DNA from: Chiloscyllium plagiosum
Taxonomy: Eukaryota
Direction: 5' to 3'
NCBI RefSeq assembly: GCF_004010195.1
Contig: NC_057731.1
Span: 41,526,677 to 41,590,676 of the forward strand
Length of the DNA stretch: 64,000 bases
Shown here: positions 26,720-39,634 of the stretch, piece after piece
How the letters are laid out: every line of letters starts with the position of its first letter
Position numbering within the stretch: position 1 is the first letter of the stretch
Program-made: the position numbers and the translations under genes
Notes under the pieces: model-generated
What the model saw: the letters and a program-made list of their open reading frames with translations, nothing else
Told to the model about the DNA's origin: nothing
Database searches by the model: none

Positions 26720-27455
26720 GTTTTGATAAAAGTCTCCAATGGGAGACAATCTAATCACTGCCCCTTGACATTCGATGGTGTTACCATCTCTAAGTTCCCC
26801 ATTAACAACACCCTTAAAGTTACCATTGATCAGAAACCCAATTGGACTCACCACAAAAACATATTGACTACAAGAGCAGGTCAGAGGCAAGGAATTCTAT
26901 GGTGAGTAACTCACCGTCTGACTCCCCACAGCCTGTCCACCTCTGTAAGGCACAAGTCAGGAGTGTGATGGAATACTCCCCACTTGCCTGGATGAGTGCA
27001 GCTCCAACAACACTCAGGAAACTTGACACCATCCAGGACAAAACAGCCCACTTGATTGACACCATATCCACAACATCCACACCCTCCACCACCGACGCTC
27101 AGCAGCAGCAGTGCATGCTATCTACAAGTTGCTCTGCGTAAATCTACCACAAAGATCCTCAGACAGCACCTTTCAAACTCATGACCACTTCCATCTAGAA
27201 GGACAAGGGCAGCAGATACATGGGAACACTACCACCTGCAAATTCTCCTCCAAGCCCACTTACCATTCTGATTTGGTTCCTTCAGTGTTGCTAGGTCCAA
27301 ATCCTGGAATTCCCTCCCTAAGGACATTGTGGGTCAACCTGCAGCATGTGGACTTCTGTGGTTCAAGAAGGAAGCTCACCATCACCTTCTCAAGGGCAAC
27401 CAGGGACAGGCACTATCAGCCAGCGATTTGCACATCCCACGAGTGAATAAAAAAG
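26720..27455 (+). mobile_element. L2/CR1-like LINE 3' portion
   Basis: CKAQVRSVMEYSPLAWMSAAPTTLRKLDTIQDK; ends cacatcccacgagtgaataaaaaa. Confidence 0.8.
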
Positions 27456-28709
27456 ATTAGTTCACTAGTTTACCATGACATTCTTAACGCTCAACGAGCT
27501 GGACAAGCATATTCATGGTTGGACAAGCAGCTGGATCCTTCCCAATGCCCCCTCTTGCTAAGCCGTGCAGTTTTCACTGGTCAGTCTCCAGCAGCGCTCC
27601 TACTCATACCTGGATCACTTAATCTAGATTCTATCAACAAGAGTGTAAGCACTTTCGACTTCCTCGAGTAGTTTGTGTCCCAACTGTGAGAAAGACATAA
27701 AATCTCCATCTGCACAGATTTTTCAGTGACTAAGTTTTGAGAATCCTAAGCATGAATAACCTCAAAGAAAGCCTTTTACATCTTATGTCTTCAGACATTG
27801 TCTAGATTGTGATTCAAGAAAGCGATTAAGTTCCGCCAAGGATACTCCTTCTCTCAATCCCTCTCCCTCCCCTCAATCAAATTTCTGTATAATGAATTGA
27901 GTATGGTACATGCTGACAGTATATCACACTCAGCTGAACAAAAGAAGATATACTCATTTGAATATCTTGGCTGGCACATATTCTTCCTCTTGAATGACTG
28001 TGCTGCCCAGTTAAATAAAAGCTATAGCAACATTGACAATTTTTTTTTCTTGATTAACCTGTTGAAAGATATTATTACACATCTCTGGAGTAGGTCGGAC
28101 TTGAACTCTGGCCCAAAAATTACCACTGCACCATGAGAGTCATACACTTTTATTCACTCATGGAATGTGGATATCGCGGGCTGGCCAGTTTTTATTGACT
28201 ACATTAATCTGCATTAACATTACCACTGCACCAAGAGAGTCATACACTGACACACTTAATCTGCAGTCTAACTACACACCAATATCTTCATAACAGCACT
28301 ACCTATGACAAAGCAGCTTTTTATACCTCCAAATATACCCTAATGAATGAAGTTACCAAGTTATGAGCAATAAGTAGATTTTCTACTGTAAATCAATCCA
28401 ACCTGACTGACTAGGATTTAAATATTTCTTATTTAAGAACTAGTGCTTTGCCTAGTATTATAAGCTACTCTGTATTGGCTACTAAGTTTTAGAGGTTTCC
28501 TAGTTCTGTAGCTTTCTACAGTAAGTGCTGAAAGATAGCCACTTACATCTATCTGATAGAGTGGGTTCCTTTGATACTGTTGGATGCCAGGCTAAGTGAG
28601 AGCTGAAATCTATGTTTGATTGGGTGAATGCTCTTTTCCAATCCGTTTATATTTCGGATGATGTTTGTTTCCTTTCATGACAGTGACTCATTCAGTCTAA
28701 GACTGTTAT

Positions 28710-28990
28710 CTTCCAAACCCACCACTTCTATTTACAAGGACCAGATCAGCAGTTACATGGGAACACCAACACCTGCGCGTTCCCCTCGAAACCACTCACC
28801 ACCTTACTTGGAAATATAGCACCATTCCTTCAGTGTCCATGGGTCAAAATCCTGAAATTCCCTTTCTAAAGGCATTCTGGGTCTGCATGCAGCAGATGGC
28901 TCACCACTGTCTTCTCAAGGACAACTTGGAATGGGTAAGAAATGCTGATCAGCCAGCAACACCCACATCCCATGAGTGAATTTAAAAAAA
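28710..28990 (+). mobile_element. 3' fragment of the same LINE family as 26720-27455
   Basis: catgggaacaccaacacctgc...cacatcccatgagtgaatttaaaaaaa. Confidence 0.7.
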
Positions 28991-30554
28991 ATTCACCAAC
29001 TACTGTGTGGACTCCATTTTATATTGCTGCATTCATTGTTCCAAATTAATTTCTATCTATCATTGATTATTCCTTGCTCTCATTCGACTGTAGTAGCTTC
29101 TTTTAAATGCATGTGGAGCTTTTATGAAGATTCTGTATTACTCCTGCCCCTGTGTGAGCCATTCATACTTTTATTAAGTCAAATGTCAATGGAAGCCCTT
29201 AAAGAGCTATCATGTCTCTTTGATCAATATGGTTGCCGTATTTGGGACGGAGTGAACAAGGAGCAGGAACTATTTAATTCAATGATGTTCCATGTTTATG
29301 GGTAAGTCAAGTGCCTGTTAAACTTAAGAGCCTGGTGCACACTTAAATCTGGGATCACTGTTGAAAAGTAAGAGGTCACCCATTTAAAACAGCAATGAGA
29401 ACATTTTTCTCACAGAGAGTCATGAATCTTTGGAACTCTTTTTCTCAAAAGACAGTAGAAGCAGTGTCTTTAAATTTTTGTAAGGCAGAGGTGGATAGAT
29501 TCTTGATAAAGTAAGGGTGAAATGTTATCAAGGGTGAGTGGAATGTGGAATGATCTGACCAGAGTTAATTGAATGGCAGAGAAAGCTCAAGGGCCCTACT
29601 CCTGCTCCTAATTCTTTGAGTTGCATGTATTAATTATAACTCAAAGGGGCTCAACAAAACAGGGGTTTGAGGAGCAGCATGGTAAGGTGAAGGGTCATTG
29701 GGGAAACAAGGTAAAGGTTCATTGGGGAAACAAGAATCATGTGGGAAGACATAGTGAGTAATCTCGTTATGCCTCGTAGTGAGAATCCCTCCAAAAACAC
29801 AACAAATCTGACAGTCAGAATAAAAATGTAAGATTCAGCCCGATGTGACCTTGATATGTTCAGGCGAAGAGAGGTAATTGCTCCTTTCTCAGGCGGTTGC
29901 TACAAATATTTTTCATTTTATTCTTAAGATGTAGTGATCACACTTCAACTAAAACATAATTAACAAGGCTAAAGTAAAGGAGCTAAATTGAAAAACATTT
30001 TAAAACGTGCCCTCTCTTTCTTGAGTCTTGTACAAGCTTGAACAGTTTCAGCCTATCCACTCAGGCCCCTCATGATTTTGAAAACGACTACATAATCTGC
30101 CCTCAGCCTATTCCGCTCCATAGAAAATAGTCTCAAATTCTCCAATGTGTCCTCACAACTGAATTTTCTCATCCCTGGAACCATTCTTGTAACCTCACTT
30201 CAATGCCTTCATATCAAGTGGCTGCATTTGACTTCAGGCATCTTCAAGTATCTCTTATTTTTTGTTCAGCTTCATGTGAGCACTCTTTCAGCAGTGACAC
30301 TAATTTCTGATCATAGTCTGTAATGGCATCTTCGACTGAGCGAGAGAATATTCACAGTGGTTTCCTCTCCAGGAAGGCCATTGACTCTCTCTGTTGCCTG
30401 TGACAATACTCTTCTGGAGAAGTGAAGATATCAAACGGCATGTGCAACTGTCTTTATCTTGCAGAATATCAGCTAGAATATCGTTGGAAAAGGTCAGGCT
30501 CCCTCCACTCCAGATGCAGACCCAGGGAGTACACCATGGCATTGTAGGATTGAG

Positions 30555-31814
30555 AGGTCTGACCAGATAATGACAGCAGTTTCCTCCCTTAACGGGCATT
30601 TTTGTGTTTTCCCTTACAATTCACAATGGCTCACAGTCACAATTAGATGCTATTTCCAGATATATATTGAATTCAACCTAGGTCCCCAGGATCTCTGGAT
30701 GAATAATCTTATGATAATACAACCAGGCCAGCACCTCTCCATTGTGTACAGACATATTGAGGGCACTTGGGTATTTACACTTCCATAAGTCTTCATCCAA
30801 ACCACCTACTTATTCCTACCCCTGTGTAACCTTCCCAACCAGCCTCTGGCAATGGAGCTGACCATGCCTGGTGCTCCCCACTGAAGCCAGGTACTTCTGA
30901 CTGTGAATGACACCACATCCCTCCTACATTGCACCCTTCTCCCCCTACCCCTTACTTTTCAAAATCCCTGCATTCCAGCTTTTCTGCTCCACAGTGAAAT
31001 CTCAGCTACAACCCAAGGAGTGCTCTTTCCCTAACCCTGGCAGCAGGATGCTACCCTTACTTGCTCAGTTTTCTCGCAAAATATCTAATAGCATCTTTGA
31101 ATCATGGGTAACATTATCATGTTTTTGGATTAAATCCAAAAGGGCAAGAGATCACAGAATCAAAACTGCGTGTCTTTAGAAAGTTAAAGCTCGCTCAATC
31201 TTTCAGCCATCAGGTACTGTATTGGTAGGTTTACAGTACCTAGACTGAGAGGAGGAAGTCCTGTCTGCCAAGATGTGGCAGCTCCAGCACTCAGCAACTC
31301 CATCACAGAGGGTGACAAGTGTTCTCCTGGTACTACAACCTCTTCCCCCTCATCTTCAAACTACCAGGCGATAGATTGACCTCAGAAAAGGTCAATGGTA
31401 CCATTTGGGAGCATCTCATGGGCTAGGAGTCACCAGGAGATGGAGCAGAGAAGTGAGGGTCATATACCTCCGTACTCAATGTCTAGTCCCTCGATTGTGT
31501 TTTTATTCATTCACAGGATGTGGGCGTCACTGGTCTGGCCAGCATTTATTATCCATCCCTAACTCACCAAAGGGCAAGTAAAAGTCAACTGCATTGTTGC
31601 ACTTCTGGAGTTACAAGTAGGTCTGACCAGATAATGACAGCAGTTTCCTCTCCTAACGGGCATTTTTGTGTTTTCCCTTACAATTCACAATGGCTCACAG
31701 TCACAATTAGATGCTATTTCCAGATCTATATTGAATTCAACCTAGGTCCCCAGGATCTCTGGATGAATAATCTTATGATAATACAACCAGGCCAGCACCT
31801 CTCCATTGTGTACA
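30555..31814 (+). repeat. 196-bp near-identical direct duplication (30555-30750 and 31619-31814)
   Basis: Direct sequence comparison shows only a few mismatches; the offset is 1064 bp. Confidence 0.9.
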
Positions 31815-31849
31815 TATTAGTGCAAAGGTCCTCCATCAACCTGGTCTGG

Positions 31850-32694
31850 AATTATGGATCAAACCCTTGATGACTGAGCTCCACAGGGAGGCCTTAGAGA
31901 ACGTTGAGCACTTCCAATACCTTGGAAGTATTCGGTCGGCCAAAGCAGTATTAATAAAGAGATCCTGCACTGCCTGCAGTGTGCTAGTTTAGTCTTCGGC
32001 CGCCTGACAGAAAGGGTGTTTGAGAACAACAACATCAGATCCGACACCAAGCTTGATGGTACAGAGAGCTATGGTGGTTCCCACCCTCCTTTGCAGCTGT
32101 GAGATAAGATCTGTCCACAGCAGACACCTCAAGGTGCTGGAGCAGTCCCCCCAACACTGTGAATCTGCTGGGAAGAGACACACCAACACCACCTTCCTCG
32201 AAAAGGCCAATATTCCCAGCATCAAGACACTGAACCCCACTCCACCCCCTTGTTCGGCTACGATGGGCTGAGAACATCTGCATGACTGACACAAGAGTCC
32301 CCAAGTAGGTGTTCTATTCCCAGCTCCGAATCGGCAGGCGAGCCCCAGGTGGACACAAGAAATGCTTCAGGAATACCCTCGAGGCCTCACTGCTGAAGTG
32401 CAGCATTCCCATAGACACCTGGGAATCACTGACACAAGTGCGTCCAAAGTGGATGAGGAGCATTGTGAAGGCATCAAGCTCCTCGAGACTTGCTGTTGGG
32501 AAAAAAACGGAAGCCAGGCAAAAACAGCACATCGAGCGCGCTGCTACACCAATGCCCTACCCACCCCTTCCCATGACCACAACCTGATCCAAGTATATTG
32601 GACAGTACAACCACCGACGGACTCACTCTGAGAGAAGAAGAGAGTCACCCTCATGTGTGAGGGACCACCAATGATGATGATGATGATGATGATG
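31850..32694 (+). mobile_element. RTE-clade LINE 3' portion with (ATG)n tail
   Basis: LENVEHFQYLGSI, AMVVPTLLCSCE and FYSQLRIGRRAPGGHKKCFRNTLEASL..WESL motifs; atgatg tail at 32670-32694. Confidence 0.85.
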
Positions 32695-33369
32695 ACAGAT
32701 TAATGCAGATTGAGGAACCACTCTCCTGAACAGTATTCCCCACTTTGGTAGACTGGTATATTTAGGTAGACTGAATCTTTCTTGCCTCACCTGAAGCTGA
32801 AATAATAGCATCCAGGAGAGACGAAACCCTTCAGTGGCCACTAATTAATCACTTAATGGCATCAGTTGGTCGTTGGGCAGGAAGATGGGAGTTTGGTTCT
32901 TCCTGTCTAGAACTCAATTCAGCTGAAGGTGGGAATTTTACAAAGTTCTGGATCACTCTAAACCCAGAAGATTCTGTAAAATGTCAAGATGTTTCTATAA
33001 AAGATCTACAGAAAGAAAATACTTGCTCTCATGTAGAGGGAAAAACTAGAGGCCATCATCGTGAGATAACAAGGAATTGGGACATCAGGAGAAATAAGTC
33101 TTTACGCAAAGAGTGGTGGGAATGTGGTGTTCGTCACCCCTGGGTATGGCTGAAGTGAATAGTAAAAATGAAATGAAGAGAAAATTAGACAAACATTTCA
33201 GGGAAAGCATTGGGGTCAGTTTAGATTAAGAAAAACAAGAAGCTAGGGTGGACCAGTTGGGCCAAATGGCCTGTTCTGTGCCTTATATTCTATATGATGC
33301 TATGTAAACTCAGCAGTAATTAGAAGCTGGGACTTTCCTAGTCTGCATAGCTCAGTAACATTGAAACTG

Positions 33370-33570
33370 AAGAACAGGACTGCAGGTGCTGGCAATCTGA
33401 AATAACAACAGGAAACGCTGGAGAAACTCAGCTGATCTACCAGCATCGGTGGTGAAAGAATGAGTGAACGTTTCGACTCATATTCAACTGAAAACATTAA
33501 CGCTGTTTTTTTCTCTGTCTACAGATGCCAGACTTGCTGGGTTTCTCCAGCACTTTCTGCTTTGAATTTC
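33370..33570. mobile_element. Older palindromic PLE-end insert
   Basis: Inverted arms (gctggagaaactcagc and gctgggtttctccagc); gctcagta is repeated at 33350 and 33571. Confidence 0.65.
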
Positions 33571-34344
33571 GCTCAGTACGTCTGAGACAGGAGAAGGTTC
33601 TGATTTATGAGTGAAATTAGCATTGCAGCATCTGCAGCAGAATGAAAAACTGGTTCCTTTTCCACATAGCCATCTATCATTGGTTGAAGAAAAACTGAAA
33701 CAGCATTTAAAAAGTGCAAGAATAATATGGTTTGACTGTGATCGGCTCTGATGAGAAAAGGAGGGGCTTCAGTCTAAAAAAGAATGGTTTCAGACATTTG
33801 AGAATTACTGTCCACGTGCAACTCATTAGGTAGAAGAGAAAATGCTGGTCTTAAATCACCTTAATAAAGTAAAGTTGCTTCTTATCAAAGCCTGGGGTCT
33901 GGATGAGTTCTACATCTTGAAAAAATTTACAATGTTGAGTTTCAACTACACGGCGAGGTCAGCCACAGCTAAAGTCAGTCCTTGTTCATTAGATTTGAGA
34001 ATATTATTGGCCACAAGGCAGAAAGGAAGTGGATTACTTCCTCAGTACTTGCAATAAATACTTAAAAGACATCCTGCAATAAACAAAAATATAGCCCTGC
34101 ATCTAGATAGGCTGTACTGGAGTAGAGTTAACGAACACTTACTAGGGACTAACATGTGAAAATCACAGCACATTGTATACACTTCTTTTGCTTTTAAATT
34201 GCGATTTTGCCAAATGTTCTTTCTGTTCTCATTTATTAACTAAATTTGAATTATCATGGGATTCCTAAATATTTTAACAGCTCGTCCTATCAGAACTCGC
34301 AGAAGAAATTCTATAGTATGTTCAAAAGTGAGATAGCTAAAAGC

Positions 34345-35573
34345 TTTGCAGAGCATTTACATTCTGCCCCCTAAAAAGACCCTGGGTTTCCAGTTGCCAG
34401 CCAGCCACCCATCCCCGAATCTCTTTCCAGTCCCTCCTCCTCCCATCCATCCATCTGACCGATCTCTCCTCCCATCGACCAACCAGGTCATACCAACCAC
34501 CCGTGTTCACCTGTCAGTACCTCACCGCCCCATCCCTCTCCCCATCCATAACCCTTCACCGCCACCCCCCCTCCACCTTTATCTCCAGCTTCCCCTACCC
34601 CCACTTCCATTCCTAAAGAAGGGTTATACCAAAAACGTTGACTTCTCCACCTCTTGATGCTGCCTGGCTTGCTGTGTTCTTCCAGCCTCCTGCTTGTCTA
34701 CTTTGGATTCCAGCATCTGCAGTTTCTTTTTATCTTTAACTTTAACACATCACCCTGCTCCCTGGCCAACATCTCTGTCTCAGGTTTGCTGCAATGTTCC
34801 AGCGAAGTTTGGCACAAGCTGGAAGAACAACACCTCATTATCCGCTTGGAGACCCTGCAGCCCTATCGAGTTCAATAACTTTAGGGCCTAAACTCCCCCA
34901 TGTTCTAGCCCCCTACCACACATTGCAGGTCTTGCTAGCACTTAGTGATGGTGGCTCATTGGGTAGCAAAGCTGCCTCACTGTGCTAGGGACCTGGGTTC
35001 AATTCCCAGCTCAGGTGACTGTCGGTGTGGAGTTTGCACGTTCTCCCTGTGCCTGTGTAGGTTTTCTCCCACAATCCAAAGATGTGCAGGATAGGTGAAT
35101 TGGCCATGCTAAATTGCCATTGTGTTAAGGGATATGTAGGTTAGGTACATTAATCAGGGGTAAATGTAGGGGAATGTGTCTGGGTGGGTTACTCTTCAGG
35201 GGGTTGGTATGGACTTGTTGGGCCAAATGGCCTGTTTCCATAACGTAGGGATTTTCTTCTATGGTCATTCATTCATGTCTGCCATTACACACTGCCTATT
35301 GTTAGCCACTAATAGTCTCCGTTAACAACTCTTCACCCCCCTAACCAGATCATTCCCCACTCCTTTTCTGTCCAACCGTTGTTCTATCTCTTGGGGCTCT
35401 ATCCCTCCCTATCATTTACTCCTTACACCCCTCCTATCTCCTGCACATAAACCAACATTTTTCTAGCTATCATCATTTCTGGGGAAGGGTCATCAGACCC
35501 AAAACATTAACTCTGATTTCTCTGCACAGATGCTGCCAGACCTGCTGAGCTTTTCCAGCAACTTCTGTTTCTT
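34345..35573 (+). mobile_element. Composite PLE 3' fragment(s) with GIY-YIG C-terminus, nested HE1 SINE and an 11-bp flanking repeat
   Basis: HKLEEQHLIIRLETLQP; pyrimidine-rich 3' region; degenerate hammerheads at about 34612 and about 35478; tagctaaaagc at 34334-34344 and 35574-35584. Confidence 0.8.
34945..35255 (+). mobile_element. HE1-type SINE nested in the PLE
   Basis: Box A gtggctcattgg, box B gggttcaattcc and core tgaattggccatgctaaattg. Confidence 0.88.
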
Positions 35574-36392
35574 TAGCTAAAAGCCAGGCTTCCTCTGACA
35601 CTGAGTCTTTCAGATCACTCTTTGCCTCACAGAGATCGATTTAGTACTGCGACACATGATATATCAAAGCACAATCATCACTGTGGAGATTATTTACTTG
35701 CCCTTTTTAGACATTTACATTGCACTGTAGGAGCTATGGAAAAATGACGGTCATGTTACATTTTGTCCATAGCATGCTTAACAGAGATTTATTTTGAACT
35801 TAATGGAGGTGAAATTGGCCGTTGTCAGCAGCACTAAGTGGATTTATAGGGAACCAGCTGCCTGTTGTACAGTTTGATTTTTCTTTTCTATTGGAGCATG
35901 CTTGAACTTCAGGGAGCCTGCCCTCATTCTGAGGTTGAATTGAATATCCATGTCATATTCCTATCCTGTTACTCTCCCGTAGGAATTTTGAGATACATTT
36001 GTTAATACCCTACTGTTTGTGTGCCAGGATATGAAGGGGTTGCATATAGAATTAGAAAGGATGATGGACTATATTAATCTTTATCATATTGCTCTCAACA
36101 GAATATTAGCCCAATTGTGTTAATCTATCCCAGCTACGGGGAAAGTTTCTGCTTGTTTGAGGATTCTGGTCTTATGTGTGCGTGGTTGGATCCTGGTCTG
36201 AGCTGGATTGACAACCGTTGGCTGAGGTGTCCAGAATGAAGGACACGTTCTTTACTTTGTTAGAACCCAGTCTACATCCTGAGATCTCATCACATTCCCT
36301 GAGGTGAGAAATTGGGCGTTTTGATGTTGGCAGAGGCATGTGAGCAATGAGCAACTTCCAGAACAATGCAGAGTAGGCAGATTAGGAATTCA

Positions 36393-36488
36393 GTGTTGAA
36401 ACTTTATTGCTGGAACAGCACAGCAGGTCAGGCAGCATCCAGGGAACAGGAGATTCGACGTTTCGGGCACAGGCCCTTCTTCAGGAAT
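36393..36488 (-). mobile_element. 96-bp PLE-end mini-insert with a perfect 15-bp TSD
   Basis: cagattaggaattca at 36378-36392 and 36489-36503. Confidence 0.88.
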
Positions 36489-36489
36489 C
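36452..36489 (-). ncRNA. Intact minimal type-I hammerhead ribozyme motif (GUC triplet)
   Basis: Reverse complement reads gattc-CTGAAGA-a-gggc-ctgt-gccc-GAAA-C/G-TC-gaatc. Stem I has 5 bp, stem II has 4 bp, and stem III is the palindrome ACGT. Confidence 0.8.
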
Positions 36490-38011
36490 AGATTAGGAAT
36501 TCAATCAACACGCCATCAGCCCTGTCATTGTGGAGCTTAACACTTCAGCGAATGCTCTCTCTTAACCTCACTCAGCTGAACACATGCTCAGTCTCAGGAA
36601 GGGCCCTCCACCAATGTTGCTTTCAAAAACCATCAGCTACTTGTAGGTTATTTGCTGGTCAATTTCCTCTAGATGTTGCTATGATTCTACAATTTAACAG
36701 GGTTGTTTCAAAATGTCATTTAGAGGGATGAAGGAAGTTTGCTGAATTCTGCACAAGCCAGACATGAGTTCATTCCTGGGCACTCCAGCTGGAAGAAAGC
36801 ATGGCTTGGAGAGTGAACAGAAAGCACAGAACAAGCTGCTATAACAGGGACGAGGAGGAAAAGGAGATGCTGTTATACCAGGAGGTCATTCCCATGTAAA
36901 TAATTTGAGGAGAATTTGTCCCCCCTCAGTGACAAAAAATGTGTGAGCTATCAGCATTGAAGTCCGTCACCTGTTCCAGACACAATTACAACGTGGGCAA
37001 TGAAAGTGACTCTGGTAGTGAATTGTTTTGTGGCTGGATCTTTTCAGTCTTGAGTTTGAGATAGTTACCATCCCCAGTTGCATAAAGGAGGTCACTGGAG
37101 CTCTCCACTGAGCAAGTGTAAACTATACTGTATTCTCTTTTGATGGATTGAGCACTTCCACTATTCTTGCAAGCTAATATGTTGGCTAATATGTGGTGAT
37201 TACTGAGTAAGCCATTATTCTTTTCCATTCTTCTCTGTTAATGGGACTCTGACTTGCAACTCCAGGTTACAGTGTAAGAGTTTGAATGCTGGTGAAATTC
37301 AAAAATGGTGAGGAGATTTCACTAAAAAAAAGCTTTTCGGACGGTAGGCATATTCCTCTTTGACAGAACATATTTGCAGATATTAGGGAGCTTGGAGATT
37401 GTAAGTTAACATCCAAAAGCTGAAAGCTAGCATATCTGCTCTGCCTCATGGCTTGCCAAGAGGGGAAACAGGGACAGAATTGCAGAGATTCCAAGATGCA
37501 GACGTATGCAAATATTTCATTAATTGTGGTTAGGTCAGAGAATCATTTGCCATCTGCTTTCTTTAATTGCCATGATTGTTCTGCATTGCACTTGAGTATT
37601 TAGGATGCAGAAGTGATTTTGCCTTGTTTTCATTGTGCACTGTTTTACCTTATTACGCTCAAATTGCTTTACCACAGCTGTTGAAAGCAGATTGTTTGGC
37701 TCTTTAGAATCCTTTGGGTGTTTTCTGATAGACACCTCCTGTGCTGAGTGTCCAACTCTCCCACTCATTGTCTCCATCCCTTTGGGATTTCAACACCTCG
37801 CAGTTCCTGACAGCAGCATCTGTGGCTTCAGAGGAAAGGCTTGGCACTGTCACATACCTGTAATGTTTTCTAAACACCTAGGATTTCACTGTGAAATAAA
37901 CTGCTACAGAAGAAAGTAAAATAATTCCATAAATTCTATTTAAAAACAGTCTAGTTATGAAAACATTACAGGAATTAACATTACTCCTGTTTTGCTCATT
38001 CTCAACAAGAA

Positions 38012-38118
38012 TCATAGAACATAAAACATTACAGCGCAGTACAGACCCTTCGGCCCTTGATGTTGCACCGAATTGTGAAACCAATCTGAAACCCATCTAA
38101 CCTAAACTATTCCATTTT
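38012..38118 (-). mobile_element. CR1 3' tail fragment (subfamily of 16491-18620)
   Basis: Reverse complement matches about 18405-18505. Confidence 0.8.
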
Positions 38119-39320
38119 CAAATCCTGGGCATCTTATAAACTCAACGACTTTTTAAAATTTGTTCTTTGGATATGATTTCACTGGAGCATAAAATCTGAC
38201 AGGGTCACAGACAAACCAGGTACAATCCGAATTTATGGTTTAGCATAATGTCTCTCTGCAGCTGCAGTTATATGACAGAGCGTTCTCTGAGCAATAACAA
38301 TATAATTTGTTGCTGCCTGGCCTGAGTTTTACTAAAGCAGACTGTTCCTTTTACGGATCCTAGTGACAACGGAACTCGAGGCTTTGATCCTTAGAATTGG
38401 GTTCCCTGGTTTGCAGCAGCTCTTGTCTCAAAACATTAAGGAAACTTTTAAAATGTGACTTTGGACTGAGCTGGAGCTATGCTGCTCTGGGGGACAATCC
38501 AATGCATAGTGGGATGCTACAATCAGTCATAAACGTCCCAGGGTTCATTGTACACAGGTGGAAGAAGCTTAACATGATTGAGCTGTTTTTCTGTTTAATT
38601 TCCAATTGCAAAAAGTCATTGGTGAAGGATGGTACAGGAGCAACCTTTATTCAGTTTTACATTTATTACAGAATAAACCATTACAAGTCTATCATGTCAA
38701 TCTCAACCCCACATAGCTTTAACAACTGGCCCTTTGCTTGTTCTCAAATGAAATCCCAATTAGTGTTCATATAGCTCTTGGGGACTCAGGATTCTTCAGT
38801 AGATGTTACCTAATTGCAGAGTCACATCTAACAGGAGACATTTTGCTTTGGAATTTGAAGCAGCGGCTGGTTAAGTCAGGTCTGCACTTTCCCCATTATG
38901 GACGACGGAAGGAATGTATTATTTGATACAATCAGCCAACTCTAGGGGTATACAGGCTAATAGATACAATAACAACCAATTTAGGTTAATTAGCTGAGCA
39001 TGTATTTACATTTTCTGAAACATAAGTACAAACATTCACAGGAAGCTGTTCTCTGCAAACAAAAGGAATATGTTCAAGCCTTGTGTCTTTTCTAAATACC
39101 TAGGGACTAGAGCCTACTACTTTGTACATGCTGCTGTGTCAGAGGCAACTTGCTCATCAATCAGCATCATTGCCCCTGCACTATAAATCATTGGCAAAAT
39201 TTTAAATTGTTTTTTCTTGTGTTTGTCCTGATGACTGCAAGATATAAAGCTTCAAAAGCATGTCTCTTCAAAAATAATGTTTATGTTCTGTACTATCAAG
39301 TAACTGTTTGTTCCCACCTA

Positions 39321-39634
39321 TTAGATTAGATTACATTACAGTGTGGAAACAGGCCCTTCGGCCCAACAAGTCCACACCGACCCGCCGAAGCGAAACCCAC
39401 CCATACCCCTACATTTACCCCTACCTAACACTACGGGCAATTTAGCATGGCCAATTCACCTGACCCTGCACATCTTTTGGACTGTGGGAGGAAACCGGAG
39501 CACCCGGAGGAAACCCACGCAGACACGGGGAGAACGTGCAAACTCCACACAGTCAGTCGCCTGAGGCGGGAATTGAACCCAGGTCTCAGGCGCTGTGAGG
39601 CAGCAGTGCTAACCACTGTGCCACCGTGCCGCCC
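39321..39634 (-). mobile_element. Young, CpG-rich HE1-type SINE with a short TSD
   Basis: Intact boxes A and B, core and tail; cccacctat at 39313-39321 and 39632-39640. Confidence 0.93.

Larger units (their letters stand above)
36170..37120 (+). mobile_element. Decayed PIF/Harbinger DNA transposon
   Basis: AMKVTLVVNCFVAGSFQS (36997-37050) and SCIKEVTGAL (about 37076-37105) match HARBI1-type transposase motifs. A possible Myb/SANT-like remnant lies near 36200. Confidence 0.6.

Noticed and set aside
29175-29308. Possible coding exon ending in G|GTAAGT
   Set aside because: The acceptor is weak, the peptide is unrecognisable and there are no partner exons. A lncRNA exon cannot be excluded.
32623-32841. 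Poly-His ORF
   Set aside because: It is the antisense reading of the RTE (ATG)n tail.
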